Positions 17,564-27,283 of a DNA stretch of 64,000 nt are shown piece after piece; the first letter of the stretch is position 1, and every line of letters begins with the position of its first letter. Made by a program: the position numbers and the translations under genes. This stretch comes from Planctomycetota bacterium (lineage in GTDB: Bacteria > Planctomycetota > UBA8742 > UBA2392): NCBI GenBank assembly GCA_025993795.1, contig JAMQHL010000020.1, positions 12,471-76,470 of the forward strand, read 5' to 3'. The notes beneath the pieces were generated by a model that was given only the letters and a program-made list of their open reading frames with translations, was not told where the DNA came from and ran no database searches.

Positions 17564-18061
17564 TTAGGCGTCGCCGCCTTCATTGCCGCCGATTTCCTTC
17601 AGGATCTTTTCGCGGGTTGCGTCGTCGCCGATGATCTCCTGGATCTTCTTGCGGAACGCCGGGAAGTTGCCCATCGGGCCCTTCAGCGCTGCCAATGCCT
17701 CGCGCAATGCCAGCATCTTGCTCAACTCCGGCACCTGGCGGGCGACGGCGTCTGGGTCGAAGTCCTTGAGATTCTTGAACTTCAGGTTGGCGGCGATCTC
17801 TTCGCCGTCTTTGCCCGACAGGGTGTTCTTGACGTTGACGCTGAGGTTGATGTTGTGGCTCTTCATCACGTCGTTGAAGTTGTCCTTGTCGATGTTGACG
17901 GGCTTGCGCTCTTCGACAGGGGTCTCTTCATTACCCAGCGTGAAGTCGCCCATCACCAGCAGCTTCAGCGGCAGCTCTTTCTCTTCCTGTGCGCCTCCGG
18001 TCGATGGCTTGTACACAATGTTCACCCGTTCACGCGGGGCGACTGATCCGTCCTTGGCCAT
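17564..18061 (-). CDS. tssB: T6SS contractile sheath small subunit TssB
   Basis: MAKDGSVAPRERVNIVYKP...ELPLKLLVMGDFT is the canonical TssB/VipA N-terminus. Confidence 0.95.
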   Translation of the reverse strand: MAKDGSVAPRERVNIVYKPSTGGAQEEKELPLKLLVMGDFTLGNEETPVEERKPVNIDKDNFNDVMKSHNINLSVNVKNTLSGKDGEEIAANLKFKNLKDFDPDAVARQVPELSKMLALREALAALKGPMGNFPAFRKKIQEIIGDDATREKILKEIGGNEGGDA

Positions 18062-18098
18062 GGCTTACTCCCTGTTTCGTGGCGGGCAGATTCGCCCG

Positions 18099-18950
18099 CT
18101 AACTATGAGTCTCTTCTTTCAACCCAAGCGTTTCCATGATCTGTTTGCGCACGTCGGTGTTCTTGACCAGCTCTGCCAGTACGCTTTCAAGCGGCATGTC
18201 GCCCCACTTCACGGCCCGGTTGACCAGGTAGCTTACAGGGCTGTGCGGCTCGGTCTTGCGCAGATAGTCCGCGACTTCCTTCAACCGCTCAAAAGCAACC
18301 TTGCGGTTGGTGATCGGCCCACTGCCGGCACTCATCATGACAGTGTTCCCCTTGCGACCCGGTGCGGCGGCGCCCCCGCCCTCAACGGCCGGCGATGCGC
18401 CTGCAGACGCGGCGACCTTTGCCGCCAGTGAGCGGCTCAGCGCTGACAGTTTTGGATTCGGTGTTTCCAGTTTGCCGTTTACGTATGCCGCCAGCGCATC
18501 CAGCGTTGCCATGGCAGACTGCAGCACGTCAACTTCGGCGCTCGAAGTCGGCACGCCGTTGTCGAGCATCGGTTGGGCACGGTCGATCAGCCAGTCAATC
18601 GCCGACTCGCGGGCGCGGGGGCGGTCAGGGAACATGCCGCCATCCCAATGCACGCTGCACATCGAGTAAATCACGGCCAGTCCGTCCAGCAGACCCTGCA
18701 GTCCCTGCTGCTGGAACATGCCGTAGGTGTAGTAGGCAGCCACCAGCAGGTCTTTTGACTTGGCTTCGAGGATGCCCTTGGCGAGGTTCACTACCTCGTG
18801 CCATTTGACCTCACCGCCCGCCGGGTTTTCCAGCTTGCCGACCTCGGCTTGCAATTGCTCAAACTCAGGCTCATAGCGCGCGTTCTCTCCCGCAGGCTTT
18901 GAGCCCGGGATGGGGTTTTCCCCAAGCGGATGTGTTACCACGTCTGCCAA
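18099..18950 (-). CDS. tssA: T6SS protein TssA (ImpA N-terminal domain family), short form
   Basis: ImpA_N-like PIPGSKPAGENARYEPEFEQLQAEV... plus a conserved C-terminal HSPVSYLVNRAVKWGDMPL. The start codon is TTG. Confidence 0.8.
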   Translation of the reverse strand: MADVVTHPLGENPIPGSKPAGENARYEPEFEQLQAEVGKLENPAGGEVKWHEVVNLAKGILEAKSKDLLVAAYYTYGMFQQQGLQGLLDGLAVIYSMCSVHWDGGMFPDRPRARESAIDWLIDRAQPMLDNGVPTSSAEVDVLQSAMATLDALAAYVNGKLETPNPKLSALSRSLAAKVAASAGASPAVEGGGAAAPGRKGNTVMMSAGSGPITNRKVAFERLKEVADYLRKTEPHSPVSYLVNRAVKWGDMPLESVLAELVKNTDVRKQIMETLGLKEETHS

Positions 18951-19157
18951 AATTGCTCTCTCGTAACCGGGCCACGAACATTAGCGGTCGCAGGGCCGTA
19001 AATCAAACCCCGGCTCGCGTTGCCGGCCCCGAGCCCGCACAATAATTACAGGTTGCACACTCTACGAAACCGGCGCCAGCAAGCGGTTTCTCTATGCCGC
19101 AGACAGAAACGCCGAGCAACGTATCGACCCTTGCCGCGGAAGTGGCCCTGTCTGGGG

Positions 19158-20096
19158 CTACGCCCGGGTGCGGGGCAATCTCTGCAGCAGGTCGGTGAGC
19201 TTCAGGGACGGGTTGCTCAACAACTCGTCAAATCTTGCCTTGCCGTACTCGATCCAGCGGCCGTCCACGCTGTTGGCATTGGCCAGGTCCCGGATGTTCA
19301 GGCTGTTACGCGTGGGCAGCACGAACGGCAGAAAGTAACGCGGGCTCAACTCGCCCCACGTCAAGCTGAGCCGGGCTGGAAAGTCCCCGCGTGCTACGTT
19401 CCAGTACACGAGTGTCGGCAGCGACTTGCCGTCGGTCAGGCGGCGGGAAAGCTCCAGCCAGAAGGCCGCTTCGCTGTCGAGCTCAGAAAACGGCATACGC
19501 ATCGCGACACTTCCTGACCGCGTGCCCGCGCCCTCCACGGTGCTGCCGATAGCGGCGTATCGCCGGGGGTCGGTCTCGCTGCCAAAGCATGCGCTCCAGT
19601 AGTTGGCGGCGCTGCTGGTGAGCACAAAGCGGGCAAACTCTTTTCTTGCCTCGACCATGTCGGGCTCAAAGCGCAATGACTCAAACGTGCTCAGGAACGT
19701 GTTCAGGTTGATCGCGCTTTCGCTCCATTCCAGCAGTTCGCGCGCACGTGTCAGGAAAGGCCCCATGGCGTTGGGCAGATAGCCAATCTCGGCGCCCATC
19801 GCCCCAGGCTCAATCACTGTGTAGATCAGGAACGGGTAGCGTCGCCCGGCTTTGTCCACGCTGGGCTTGAACAGCCCGGCAATCACGCGCTGGGTACGGG
19901 GCGATGTGTAGATGAAACGCGCCGTCGGTGCGGAATCGAAGGTGCTGTCCCAGCGGGCATCGAGCTCGTTGTAGCCCTGGTAGATGCCTTCCTGGATCCA
20001 GTGGTCGAATTCATTGATCTCGGCGCCGGCCGCGTTGAAGCGGATGAAGTCCCCGTGAAGGGGCAACTTTCCCAGGCAGCCCGAGGGGAATTCCAT
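19158..20096 (-). CDS. tagF: T6SS-associated protein TagF (DUF2094)
   Basis: The N-terminal GCLGKLPLHGDFIRF motif is typical of TagF. The start abuts or overlaps the tssM stop. Confidence 0.85.
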   Translation of the reverse strand: MEFPSGCLGKLPLHGDFIRFNAAGAEINEFDHWIQEGIYQGYNELDARWDSTFDSAPTARFIYTSPRTQRVIAGLFKPSVDKAGRRYPFLIYTVIEPGAMGAEIGYLPNAMGPFLTRARELLEWSESAINLNTFLSTFESLRFEPDMVEARKEFARFVLTSSAANYWSACFGSETDPRRYAAIGSTVEGAGTRSGSVAMRMPFSELDSEAAFWLELSRRLTDGKSLPTLVYWNVARGDFPARLSLTWGELSPRYFLPFVLPTRNSLNIRDLANANSVDGRWIEYGKARFDELLSNPSLKLTDLLQRLPRTRA

Positions 20097-23000
20097 TATT
20101 TGATCACCCCTGTCGCCAGTTTGATCGTGGTGAAGAACCCCTTGGCAAAAGGATTCTCGCCCTTGGCCGCAATCAGCTTGGCGTGCAGCTCAAAGTCCGC
20201 GTTGGTCGGCGCGGGCGCCCGGTACTTCCAGGTCACGAAGTACTCTTTGCGCGTGGTCTGGTCGAGAATCGCGAACGACTGGCTCTTGTCATGCATCGAC
20301 TTGAGAAAACCCCACTCGTCATCCATCATCTTGTCGGCGTCGCCCAGTGTCTTTTCTTCACCGCGCGGTCCGCCGTAGTACAGTTGCACCCAGCCGCCGG
20401 TCCACACGCCCACGCCCTCAAAGTGCGTCCAGACGAAGTCCTTGAACGGCTTGCTGCTGCCCAGCAGCTCGATGTACTGGTCTTTGTTGTTGGCGTCGCG
20501 CCCCACGTAGATGCGCGTCTTGCCCAGCAGGTCGCCGGGGCTGAACAATTGCAGCCGCAGCTTGACGGTGACGCGTTCGTCGGTAGCTGCATCGAACATG
20601 GCCTCTCGGATGGACGATGCATAGCGCTTCATCTCGAGGTATTCCGCCGACGGATCAAGCAGCACGTTGCCGTTGAAGCTGAGCTTGGCAATCGCGGTGA
20701 GCTGCTTGTCGAACGTCCAGAACTTGCCCTTGACCGGGTTGAAAAACTCCGAGACTCGGGCCATCGGCGCGTTGGCCTTGGCGCTGGTGTCGAAGGGGTA
20801 CTTGCCCTTGAAATTCGTGTCCCAGAACTTGACGATTTCGTCCGCCCAGATCTGCCTGACCTCGCCCGCCGATTCAATTCTCAGGCCGGTGTACCCGGCG
20901 TTGATGACGCGCTGCATCAGGTCATTGACCGGTCGCTGCGCGGTCAGGATGCGCGCCGCTTCGCTGCCTGCCTTGGTCGTTTCGGTGGCCAGGGTGCGCG
21001 CGGGTGCCGCCTCTTCGCCGCTGTAGTAGCGCACGCGACCGCTCTTGGTGTTGTTGGCAAACGTGTCGTATGCGCCGTAGTAGGCGTTGAGAATCTTCAG
21101 CGCCTCATCCAGCGTTTTCTGGTCCTGCTCGGTTGCGCCGTCCACGCGCTGGGTTGCCGACATGGTCAGCGCCTTGCGCTCCCATACGCCGCGCACCAGC
21201 GTGCGCAGCGGCGAGTTGCTTTCGCTGGCAAGCGTTGACAGCGCCGAGCGCGCCGTCTCAACCGAAACAAACGCATCCTTGGACGGCTGGATCGTGTTCA
21301 GGAAGTCATCCCACACCTTGACCTGGCGCTGCGAGTGCATGCGATACAGCTCTTCCAGAATCTTCTGCGGATCACTGTCCTCTGGTTTTCGGCCCAGTTC
21401 TTGCAACAGCTTGGAAAGGTCCGTCGCGCGCTCCCTCATGGCCGGCTCGACGTGGCTGGTCCAGGCCGACTGGGTAAACGCGTCCAGAAACGGCAGGTCG
21501 CTGGCATCGCCGGGCGGAATCACCTGTGCCAGCAGCCCCTTGTTGTCCGGCGCAATGTTGTCGAGGCCAATGTCGGTAACTTTGTCCGACGCGTAGCGAA
21601 TGATCGCGTTGTAGGCGTTCGGAATCCAGAAACCTTCCTTCAACTCACTTTGGCATCGCTCATAAAGACGGTTGTCCTTCGCGGAACGAAAGGGGTAGCG
21701 CTGGGGATCGGCCCACGCCATTGCAATGAGTTGCGCGTAAAACTCAAGTTGTTCGCCGCTCAGGGCCTCGATCTGGCTGGCGCTGTCCCCGCTCAGGGGG
21801 CCGGTCCAGCGGTTGTTGCGCTTGTAGACTGTGGCAATCAGGTCCGGCTTGGGCTCAATCTCTCCGGCGATCATGCCGTACACGCGCCACAGGTCGAGCA
21901 TCGTCTGGTAGTCCTGCTCGCTGCGGCTGCTGCGGATGCCGGCCAGGCGCGTGTTCAGCTCCGCCTCAAGGCGGGCGTGGGCCGGCTTGACCAGCAGCGG
22001 CTCGAGCGCGTTGAAATATGACTTTGCGCCGGCTTCAAACATGCGCGAGCGCTGGTCCATACCCCAGTGCCAGTCGAGCCCTGTGCCTTCCTGCCTCGCG
22101 CGCAGAAGCTGAGCGCGCATCGCGTCAAGTGCGCTCAACGACTCCTGCATCTGCTTGTCGGTCGCGTCGCCCGGCAACTCCTTCAGCGCGGCGCCGGCCT
22201 GTTCTATGCCATTGATCGTGCCGCGGCTGTCACTGAACGCCCCCACGGCCCCGAACGTGACCAGCGCGAAAGCGGCGGCGCTGCCCAGTTGCAGGGCGTA
22301 CTTCCAGGCGCGGCGCTTGCGGATCACACGGCTGCTGCTGCGCGCCAGCGTCTTGTCAGGGAACATCACCCGCGTGAACAGGTGATTGATGAAGAAGCTC
22401 TTTTTCTCAAGGCGCTCGTCGAAGCCTTCAGGCGGCGCGCTCATGCCCATGGCTTCGCCCAGCCGCATCATCAGCTGGTCGATCGGCGTGCCCTTCTGTG
22501 TGCCGCTGGTGAAGTAGATGCCGCGCAGTATCGATGACTCCTGGTATGCGTGCGCGCCGAACAACTGGCCGACGAGGTCTTTCATTCTCTCGCGCGCGAG
22601 CATGAACTGGCGCGGGAACAGGTAGATATTCTGCTTCTTGTTCGCCGGTCGCTCAGTCGCCAGCAACTCAAGCTGGCGGGCACGAATGCTGGCCATCATG
22701 CGGTCGCACTGCTCGTCAAACACGGCCGTGTACTGCTTTTCGGGCAGTCGGTAGGCCAGGGTGAAGCCCCAGACCTGCGAGCGCTCGTCCTTGTTGAAGT
22801 CTTCAAAGAACTCGACAAACCCCCGCACCAGGTCGCACTTGGTGAACATGAGGTATACGGGAAACACGGCTTGAAGGCGGGCTGACAGCTCGTCCAGCCG
22901 GTTGCGGATGTCCTTGGCGATCTGGTCAATCTCGGACTGCGTGTTGCGGAACATGTCATCAATACTGACGGCAACAATCGCGCCGTTAATCGGCTTGGTC

Positions 23001-23611
23001 TTGCGCGAGACCCGGATCAGGTCAAGAAAGCTGATCCACTCTTCCTGGTCTTCTGCAACGGTTGTGTAGCGCCCGGCAGTGTCGAGAAGGATGCCGTCTT
23101 CTGTGAACCACCAGTCGCAGTTGCGTGTGCCACCGATGCCGCGCACCTTGGCGCCGCCCTGCACGGGCGGAAAGTTCAGGCCTGACTCCTGCAACGCAGT
23201 GGTTTTGCCGCTGCCGGGGGGGCCGATGATGACGTACCACGGCAGCGTGTACAGCGCGCTCTTGCCGCCCTTGGTCTTTTTCAGGGCGTCAAGCGACTCG
23301 TCGAACTTCTTGTGCAGCGCCGCAACTTCTGACTTCTTGTCGGCGCTGGCGCCGTCCAGATGGGCGCCGCTCTGGGCCTTGAGCTGCTTTTCGATGCGAA
23401 CCGCGCTGCGTACTGCCACGACCTTCTGGGAAATGAACAGGATCACCCACAACCCGACCACGGCCATCGTGATCAGCATGGGCAGGTTCATCCACTCAGC
23501 GTTTTCCCCGCGGGTGTAAAACGCGACGCCCCACACCAGCACGACCAGGAGCAACAGCACGACAATGCTGAAGACCCCTTCTTTCATCAGTGCAGAAAGG
23601 AATGGCCGCAT
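20096..23611 (-). CDS. tssM: T6SS membrane complex protein TssM (IcmF)
   Basis: 1171 aa with N-terminal TM helices, Walker A GPPGSGKTT, and IcmF-like sequence in the remainder. Confidence 0.95.
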   Translation of the reverse strand: MRPFLSALMKEGVFSIVVLLLLVVLVWGVAFYTRGENAEWMNLPMLITMAVVGLWVILFISQKVVAVRSAVRIEKQLKAQSGAHLDGASADKKSEVAALHKKFDESLDALKKTKGGKSALYTLPWYVIIGPPGSGKTTALQESGLNFPPVQGGAKVRGIGGTRNCDWWFTEDGILLDTAGRYTTVAEDQEEWISFLDLIRVSRKTKPINGAIVAVSIDDMFRNTQSEIDQIAKDIRNRLDELSARLQAVFPVYLMFTKCDLVRGFVEFFEDFNKDERSQVWGFTLAYRLPEKQYTAVFDEQCDRMMASIRARQLELLATERPANKKQNIYLFPRQFMLARERMKDLVGQLFGAHAYQESSILRGIYFTSGTQKGTPIDQLMMRLGEAMGMSAPPEGFDERLEKKSFFINHLFTRVMFPDKTLARSSSRVIRKRRAWKYALQLGSAAAFALVTFGAVGAFSDSRGTINGIEQAGAALKELPGDATDKQMQESLSALDAMRAQLLRARQEGTGLDWHWGMDQRSRMFEAGAKSYFNALEPLLVKPAHARLEAELNTRLAGIRSSRSEQDYQTMLDLWRVYGMIAGEIEPKPDLIATVYKRNNRWTGPLSGDSASQIEALSGEQLEFYAQLIAMAWADPQRYPFRSAKDNRLYERCQSELKEGFWIPNAYNAIIRYASDKVTDIGLDNIAPDNKGLLAQVIPPGDASDLPFLDAFTQSAWTSHVEPAMRERATDLSKLLQELGRKPEDSDPQKILEELYRMHSQRQVKVWDDFLNTIQPSKDAFVSVETARSALSTLASESNSPLRTLVRGVWERKALTMSATQRVDGATEQDQKTLDEALKILNAYYGAYDTFANNTKSGRVRYYSGEEAAPARTLATETTKAGSEAARILTAQRPVNDLMQRVINAGYTGLRIESAGEVRQIWADEIVKFWDTNFKGKYPFDTSAKANAPMARVSEFFNPVKGKFWTFDKQLTAIAKLSFNGNVLLDPSAEYLEMKRYASSIREAMFDAATDERVTVKLRLQLFSPGDLLGKTRIYVGRDANNKDQYIELLGSSKPFKDFVWTHFEGVGVWTGGWVQLYYGGPRGEEKTLGDADKMMDDEWGFLKSMHDKSQSFAILDQTTRKEYFVTWKYRAPAPTNADFELHAKLIAAKGENPFAKGFFTTIKLATGVIK

Positions 23612-23679
23612 TGCTTTTCCCCTGGCTGGTTCTGAATTCTGCTCAAATCACAACGTCACAAGGCTTGATGCGGAAGCGT

Positions 23680-24360
23680 TCACTTCCCGACCAGCGAATC
23701 GATCGCAGAGTCCGCCATCAGGTTGGCTGTAAACGCCAGCGCCAGCACCATCAGGATCAGCACGACACCGCACACCACCGGCATCACCCATACCGGCACG
23801 CTTTTCACGAACTTGGGGATGTCGTCAGGCGCCTTCCAGGCCGGCGAAAGCACCTTGGGGTCGCCGGGGGCGCCCTGCTTTATCTCCGAAGCCAGCGTGT
23901 CCATGAGTGTCTTGCGCTCTTCCATGCCGCGCAGGTCTATGTACATGCCCTTGAAGCCATGGGTCAGCGCCAGAAAGTACACGCCCGCCACTTCGCGGGA
24001 CTCGGCGTCGCCGCTTGCGCGCACTGTCTTCAGCTTGGTGTAGAACTCTTCGCCCGCGGCGAAGTCATTGAACAGCTCAAGCTGCAACGGGCTGCCGGCC
24101 CATTCATCTTTCATAGGTGCGCTGCCGGCCAGCACCAGCTCGTCGATATACGCCGTCAGTGCGTACTTGGCGTTGCCGATGTTGTCGGCTTTGTAGCCGC
24201 CGCTGCGCGCAGCGGTCTCAAACTCAGAGAACAACCGCACGACGTTCTGTTTCACGTCTGTCGCCTTGCCCGGGTCTTTGCTTGCCTTGAGTTGAAAGGC
24301 AAACGCAAACACCTCGGCAGCGAGATCGGACAACCTGGGTTTGGGTTCGCCTTCGGCCAT
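23680..24360 (-). CDS. tssL: T6SS membrane complex protein TssL (DotU), no peptidoglycan-binding extension
   Basis: DotU-like cytoplasmic domain (KYALTAYIDELVL) and a single C-terminal TM helix. Confidence 0.9.
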   Translation of the reverse strand: MAEGEPKPRLSDLAAEVFAFAFQLKASKDPGKATDVKQNVVRLFSEFETAARSGGYKADNIGNAKYALTAYIDELVLAGSAPMKDEWAGSPLQLELFNDFAAGEEFYTKLKTVRASGDAESREVAGVYFLALTHGFKGMYIDLRGMEERKTLMDTLASEIKQGAPGDPKVLSPAWKAPDDIPKFVKSVPVWVMPVVCGVVLILMVLALAFTANLMADSAIDSLVGK

Positions 24361-24362
24361 GC

Positions 24363-25718
24363 CTATTCCTTGATTGCCATCAACTCAAGCTTCAGCCCCG
24401 CAAACTCGGGCGGCAGGTAGAACGCCATGCTGCGCGACTCGCGCACTGCATCCCAGTGGTCGCCGGCCTTGTCGATCTGGAAGTAGTTGCGGCCCGGCGC
24501 CACGGGAATCTCGGGCGGGGGTGCCGGCATGTGGCGCACACTGATGCCGCGCAGCGCGGCGGTAATCAACTGGTCCACGCGGTCCTGGCTGCTGATCTTG
24601 AACTTGAGCGGCGCCTCGCGGACCACTTTCTCGGCGGGCACGTCGGCGGCCACCGCAAGGTACAGCGCGCCACCGGCCTCAAGTACCCGTTCATCCTGGA
24701 TGTTGGCGACGAACATGTTGTCGCGCGCCTTCTGCAGCGGAATGTTGGTGCACTTGGTCGGGATGATCGTGTCCAGCAGCTCACGCAGGCGGGCTTCCAG
24801 GCGAGCAAAAGTCCCGGCAAGGTCCTCGTGTGCATAGCCCGGAACGTCCTTGGGGTGGCCCTCGCCGGCGAACGTGTACATGAAGCCACACAGCCGCGCG
24901 AGCTCAATGTACACACGCTCGGGGTGCCAGGTGCCGGTGTTGTACGCGTGCTGCAAGGGTGGAATTGCGCCGTTGACCGTGTGCAGCAGCCAGAAACTGG
25001 CGCTTTCGGCCATGCTGAAACTGGCAAGGCCCGCGCCCCGGTTGCGGCGCTGGCGTGCGAACTCGGTGCTCTTGGTGGCGAGAATTTCCAGAATCTTGCG
25101 CAGCGTGCCCATCAGGCGCCCGCTGCCGCCGATCGCAAGCAGGGGCGGCACATAGGTTTCGGCCAGTGTAAAGCCGCCCGTGCTGGTGCGTCCCAGCTCG
25201 GCGATCTTGACCGATGCGTGGTTATCAAGCGACTCACCGTCAAACAGAATACGCAAGTGCGTTGACGCCACGCTGATCTCGCGTTTGGCGCCCTGGCCGT
25301 TGTCGTCGCGAATTTCAAGGCTGCGGCCGAGGTAGCGCGTGGGCCTGCCGTCGTGAAAGCCTCCCGGGCTCTGGGCCACGCCCTGGTCGGGGATGATCGG
25401 CGCGGCCAGAAACACTCCCAGGCGCTCGCGCTCGGCGGTGTAGTGTTCGGAAATGCTGCGGGATGCCGGCGCGTCGTCTGTGCCGGGCACGTCAACTACC
25501 AGGCCGTCGGGCAGAATCGCAGCGACGCGCGAGATGCTGAACTCGCCGTTGGCGAGGCCCTCTTCATGGATGGCAAGGTCGCGCACACCAAAACCCAGCG
25601 GAGACAACGCTCGAATGCGTTGCTGCACAAGGTTCTCGATGTACCGGTCCCATTGCTGGAAATGCTGCGGGGTCAGGAACATCCCCTCGGTCCACAGCAC
25701 TCTCTGTTGGTACTCCAT
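24363..25718 (-). CDS. tssK: T6SS baseplate protein TssK
   Basis: N-terminus RVLWTEGMFLTPQHFQQWDRY is the canonical TssK motif. Confidence 0.95.
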   Translation of the reverse strand: MEYQQRVLWTEGMFLTPQHFQQWDRYIENLVQQRIRALSPLGFGVRDLAIHEEGLANGEFSISRVAAILPDGLVVDVPGTDDAPASRSISEHYTAERERLGVFLAAPIIPDQGVAQSPGGFHDGRPTRYLGRSLEIRDDNGQGAKREISVASTHLRILFDGESLDNHASVKIAELGRTSTGGFTLAETYVPPLLAIGGSGRLMGTLRKILEILATKSTEFARQRRNRGAGLASFSMAESASFWLLHTVNGAIPPLQHAYNTGTWHPERVYIELARLCGFMYTFAGEGHPKDVPGYAHEDLAGTFARLEARLRELLDTIIPTKCTNIPLQKARDNMFVANIQDERVLEAGGALYLAVAADVPAEKVVREAPLKFKISSQDRVDQLITAALRGISVRHMPAPPPEIPVAPGRNYFQIDKAGDHWDAVRESRSMAFYLPPEFAGLKLELMAIKE

Positions 25719-25754
25719 AATCGCCCGCTTTCGTAATGCCGGCTGTGTGCGCCG

Positions 25755-26216
25755 CTACCGCTTGATCTCGATGTGATAGCCGGTGATGCGGAAGATCACG
25801 TCATCCGCTTCTTCCAGAGTCACAACCACGTGGCGCTTTCCCGCGGTGTCGCTGTTTGTCATCAGCGCCAGCACGCCGATGAACTTGGTCTCGGCGTTCA
25901 GCGGGTCGATCACGACTTTGGTACCGCCCTCGGTGGCGTTGGGCTTCTGGGGATAGACCGGGTCGGCGTTTTTCACCGACAGCAGGTCGCCGCCCAGGGT
26001 TTCTTCAGCTTTGTCCCAGATGTCCTCGGTGACGGCCTGTTCGAACTTGGTCTTGTCCCTTAACTCGTAGATCCGGACCTCAACGACGCGAGAATCGCTG
26101 CTGCCATCGGCCAGGTTCACGGGCTCGACGGCCTGCAACTTCATGGTCACGGAAGTTGTCGTACACCCGAACAACATCAGTGCCAGTGCTGCACACGTTA
26201 TCGCAAGAATCTTCAT
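25755..26216 (-). CDS. tssJ: T6SS outer-membrane lipoprotein TssJ
   Basis: Signal peptide with lipobox LFGC, 153 aa, and an EVRIYELRD motif typical of TssJ. Confidence 0.85.
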   Translation of the reverse strand: MKILAITCAALALMLFGCTTTSVTMKLQAVEPVNLADGSSDSRVVEVRIYELRDKTKFEQAVTEDIWDKAEETLGGDLLSVKNADPVYPQKPNATEGGTKVVIDPLNAETKFIGVLALMTNSDTAGKRHVVVTLEEADDVIFRITGYHIEIKR

Positions 26217-26234
26217 GACACGGCTCCCTGCTGG

Positions 26235-27194
26235 TTAGTCCTTCGCGTCGCTTGATACGTCATCGTGCGAGAAAATATAGCCCTTGCGTATGCTTGGGTA
26301 GATCAACTCGTTGAAGAGTTTGCTGCTCTCGGCAAACGTATTGCCGTAAAGCTCGGTATACCTCTTCCAGGCTTTCTTGCCCGTGCCTGCCGCCTCTTCA
26401 ATCGCTGCCGGGTCCAGCTTGGCCTGCAGGTCATGGATGAACTGCTGCAAACCCGCCAGCATGCCCATCTGGTGCTTGACCATGTCTGTGAAGGCATCGC
26501 GCAGGGTTTCACGGATGCTTTCGATGTCTCGTTCTTCACGCCAGTCCAGCAGGAAATTGGCGATCGTGCTGATGTCCTGCATCTTCTTCAGCGGGTTCAG
26601 TGAGTGCGCGAACAACTGCGTGACCGGCGCGCTGAACTGGTCCTGGAATTCGGCACGGCCGCGCAAGGCCTTGCCCATCCATTCCATTGCGACTTCCAGG
26701 GTAAGTTGAAGCATCGCCTTGAAGCGCCGGATCTCGCCCACGTTTTCAAAGTTCGCCTCGCCGACAAAATAGCGCGAAAGGTCTTTCAACGCGGCGTGCG
26801 ACATCGCCTGCATGCTGCTGTGGCTGCCCGTGCTTGACGACGCCGGCTCAGGCGTAGATGTGACCCGGGTGGCGCGAAGCGGCGTGGCTTGGCGCTTGAA
26901 GTGAAAAACAATGCCCGCCGAGAGGATGCGGGTGCCATCGGACACCCGGAAATCAGTGCCCGCATCGTGCTTCTTGCCGTCAACGGCGAAGCCTTCGGTA
27001 CCAAGGTCCACGAAGTAATAGCCTTCGCGGCGTTTTTCAAGGCGTGCGTGCTGCTCTTTCAGCTCCATGACCACGACGTCGGATTCGGGCGCGCTGCCGA
27101 ACACGATGCCCCTGGAACGGGCGTCTTTGCCAAATATGTGTTCACCAAGCATGGTGTCGGTGCCCGCACGCGAAACCGCGACTACCAAAGCCAT
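26235..27194 (-). CDS. tagH: FHA-domain protein, TagH/Fha-like (paralog 2)
   Basis: N-terminal FHA-like region (HARLEKRREGYYFVDLGTEG). The C-terminal domain is paralogous to that of 27284-28378. Confidence 0.7.
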   Translation of the reverse strand: MALVVAVSRAGTDTMLGEHIFGKDARSRGIVFGSAPESDVVVMELKEQHARLEKRREGYYFVDLGTEGFAVDGKKHDAGTDFRVSDGTRILSAGIVFHFKRQATPLRATRVTSTPEPASSSTGSHSSMQAMSHAALKDLSRYFVGEANFENVGEIRRFKAMLQLTLEVAMEWMGKALRGRAEFQDQFSAPVTQLFAHSLNPLKKMQDISTIANFLLDWREERDIESIRETLRDAFTDMVKHQMGMLAGLQQFIHDLQAKLDPAAIEEAAGTGKKAWKRYTELYGNTFAESSKLFNELIYPSIRKGYIFSHDDVSSDAKD

Positions 27195-27283
27195 TGCCTA
27201 TCCCGAAGTAAGTGAAGCGCCGCAGTTTGGGGACACCGCGCGACAAGGTCAAGCGGCGTGATCTGTGCGATTCAGACGACGCG

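Noticed and set aside
19045-19075. TGGCGC-N5-TCGTA on the minus strand in the tagF-tssA gap, considered as a possible sigma-54 promoter (coordinates approximate).
   Set aside because: The -12 element reads GT instead of the invariant GC. No other promoter-like hexamers could be supported in this 208-nt gap.
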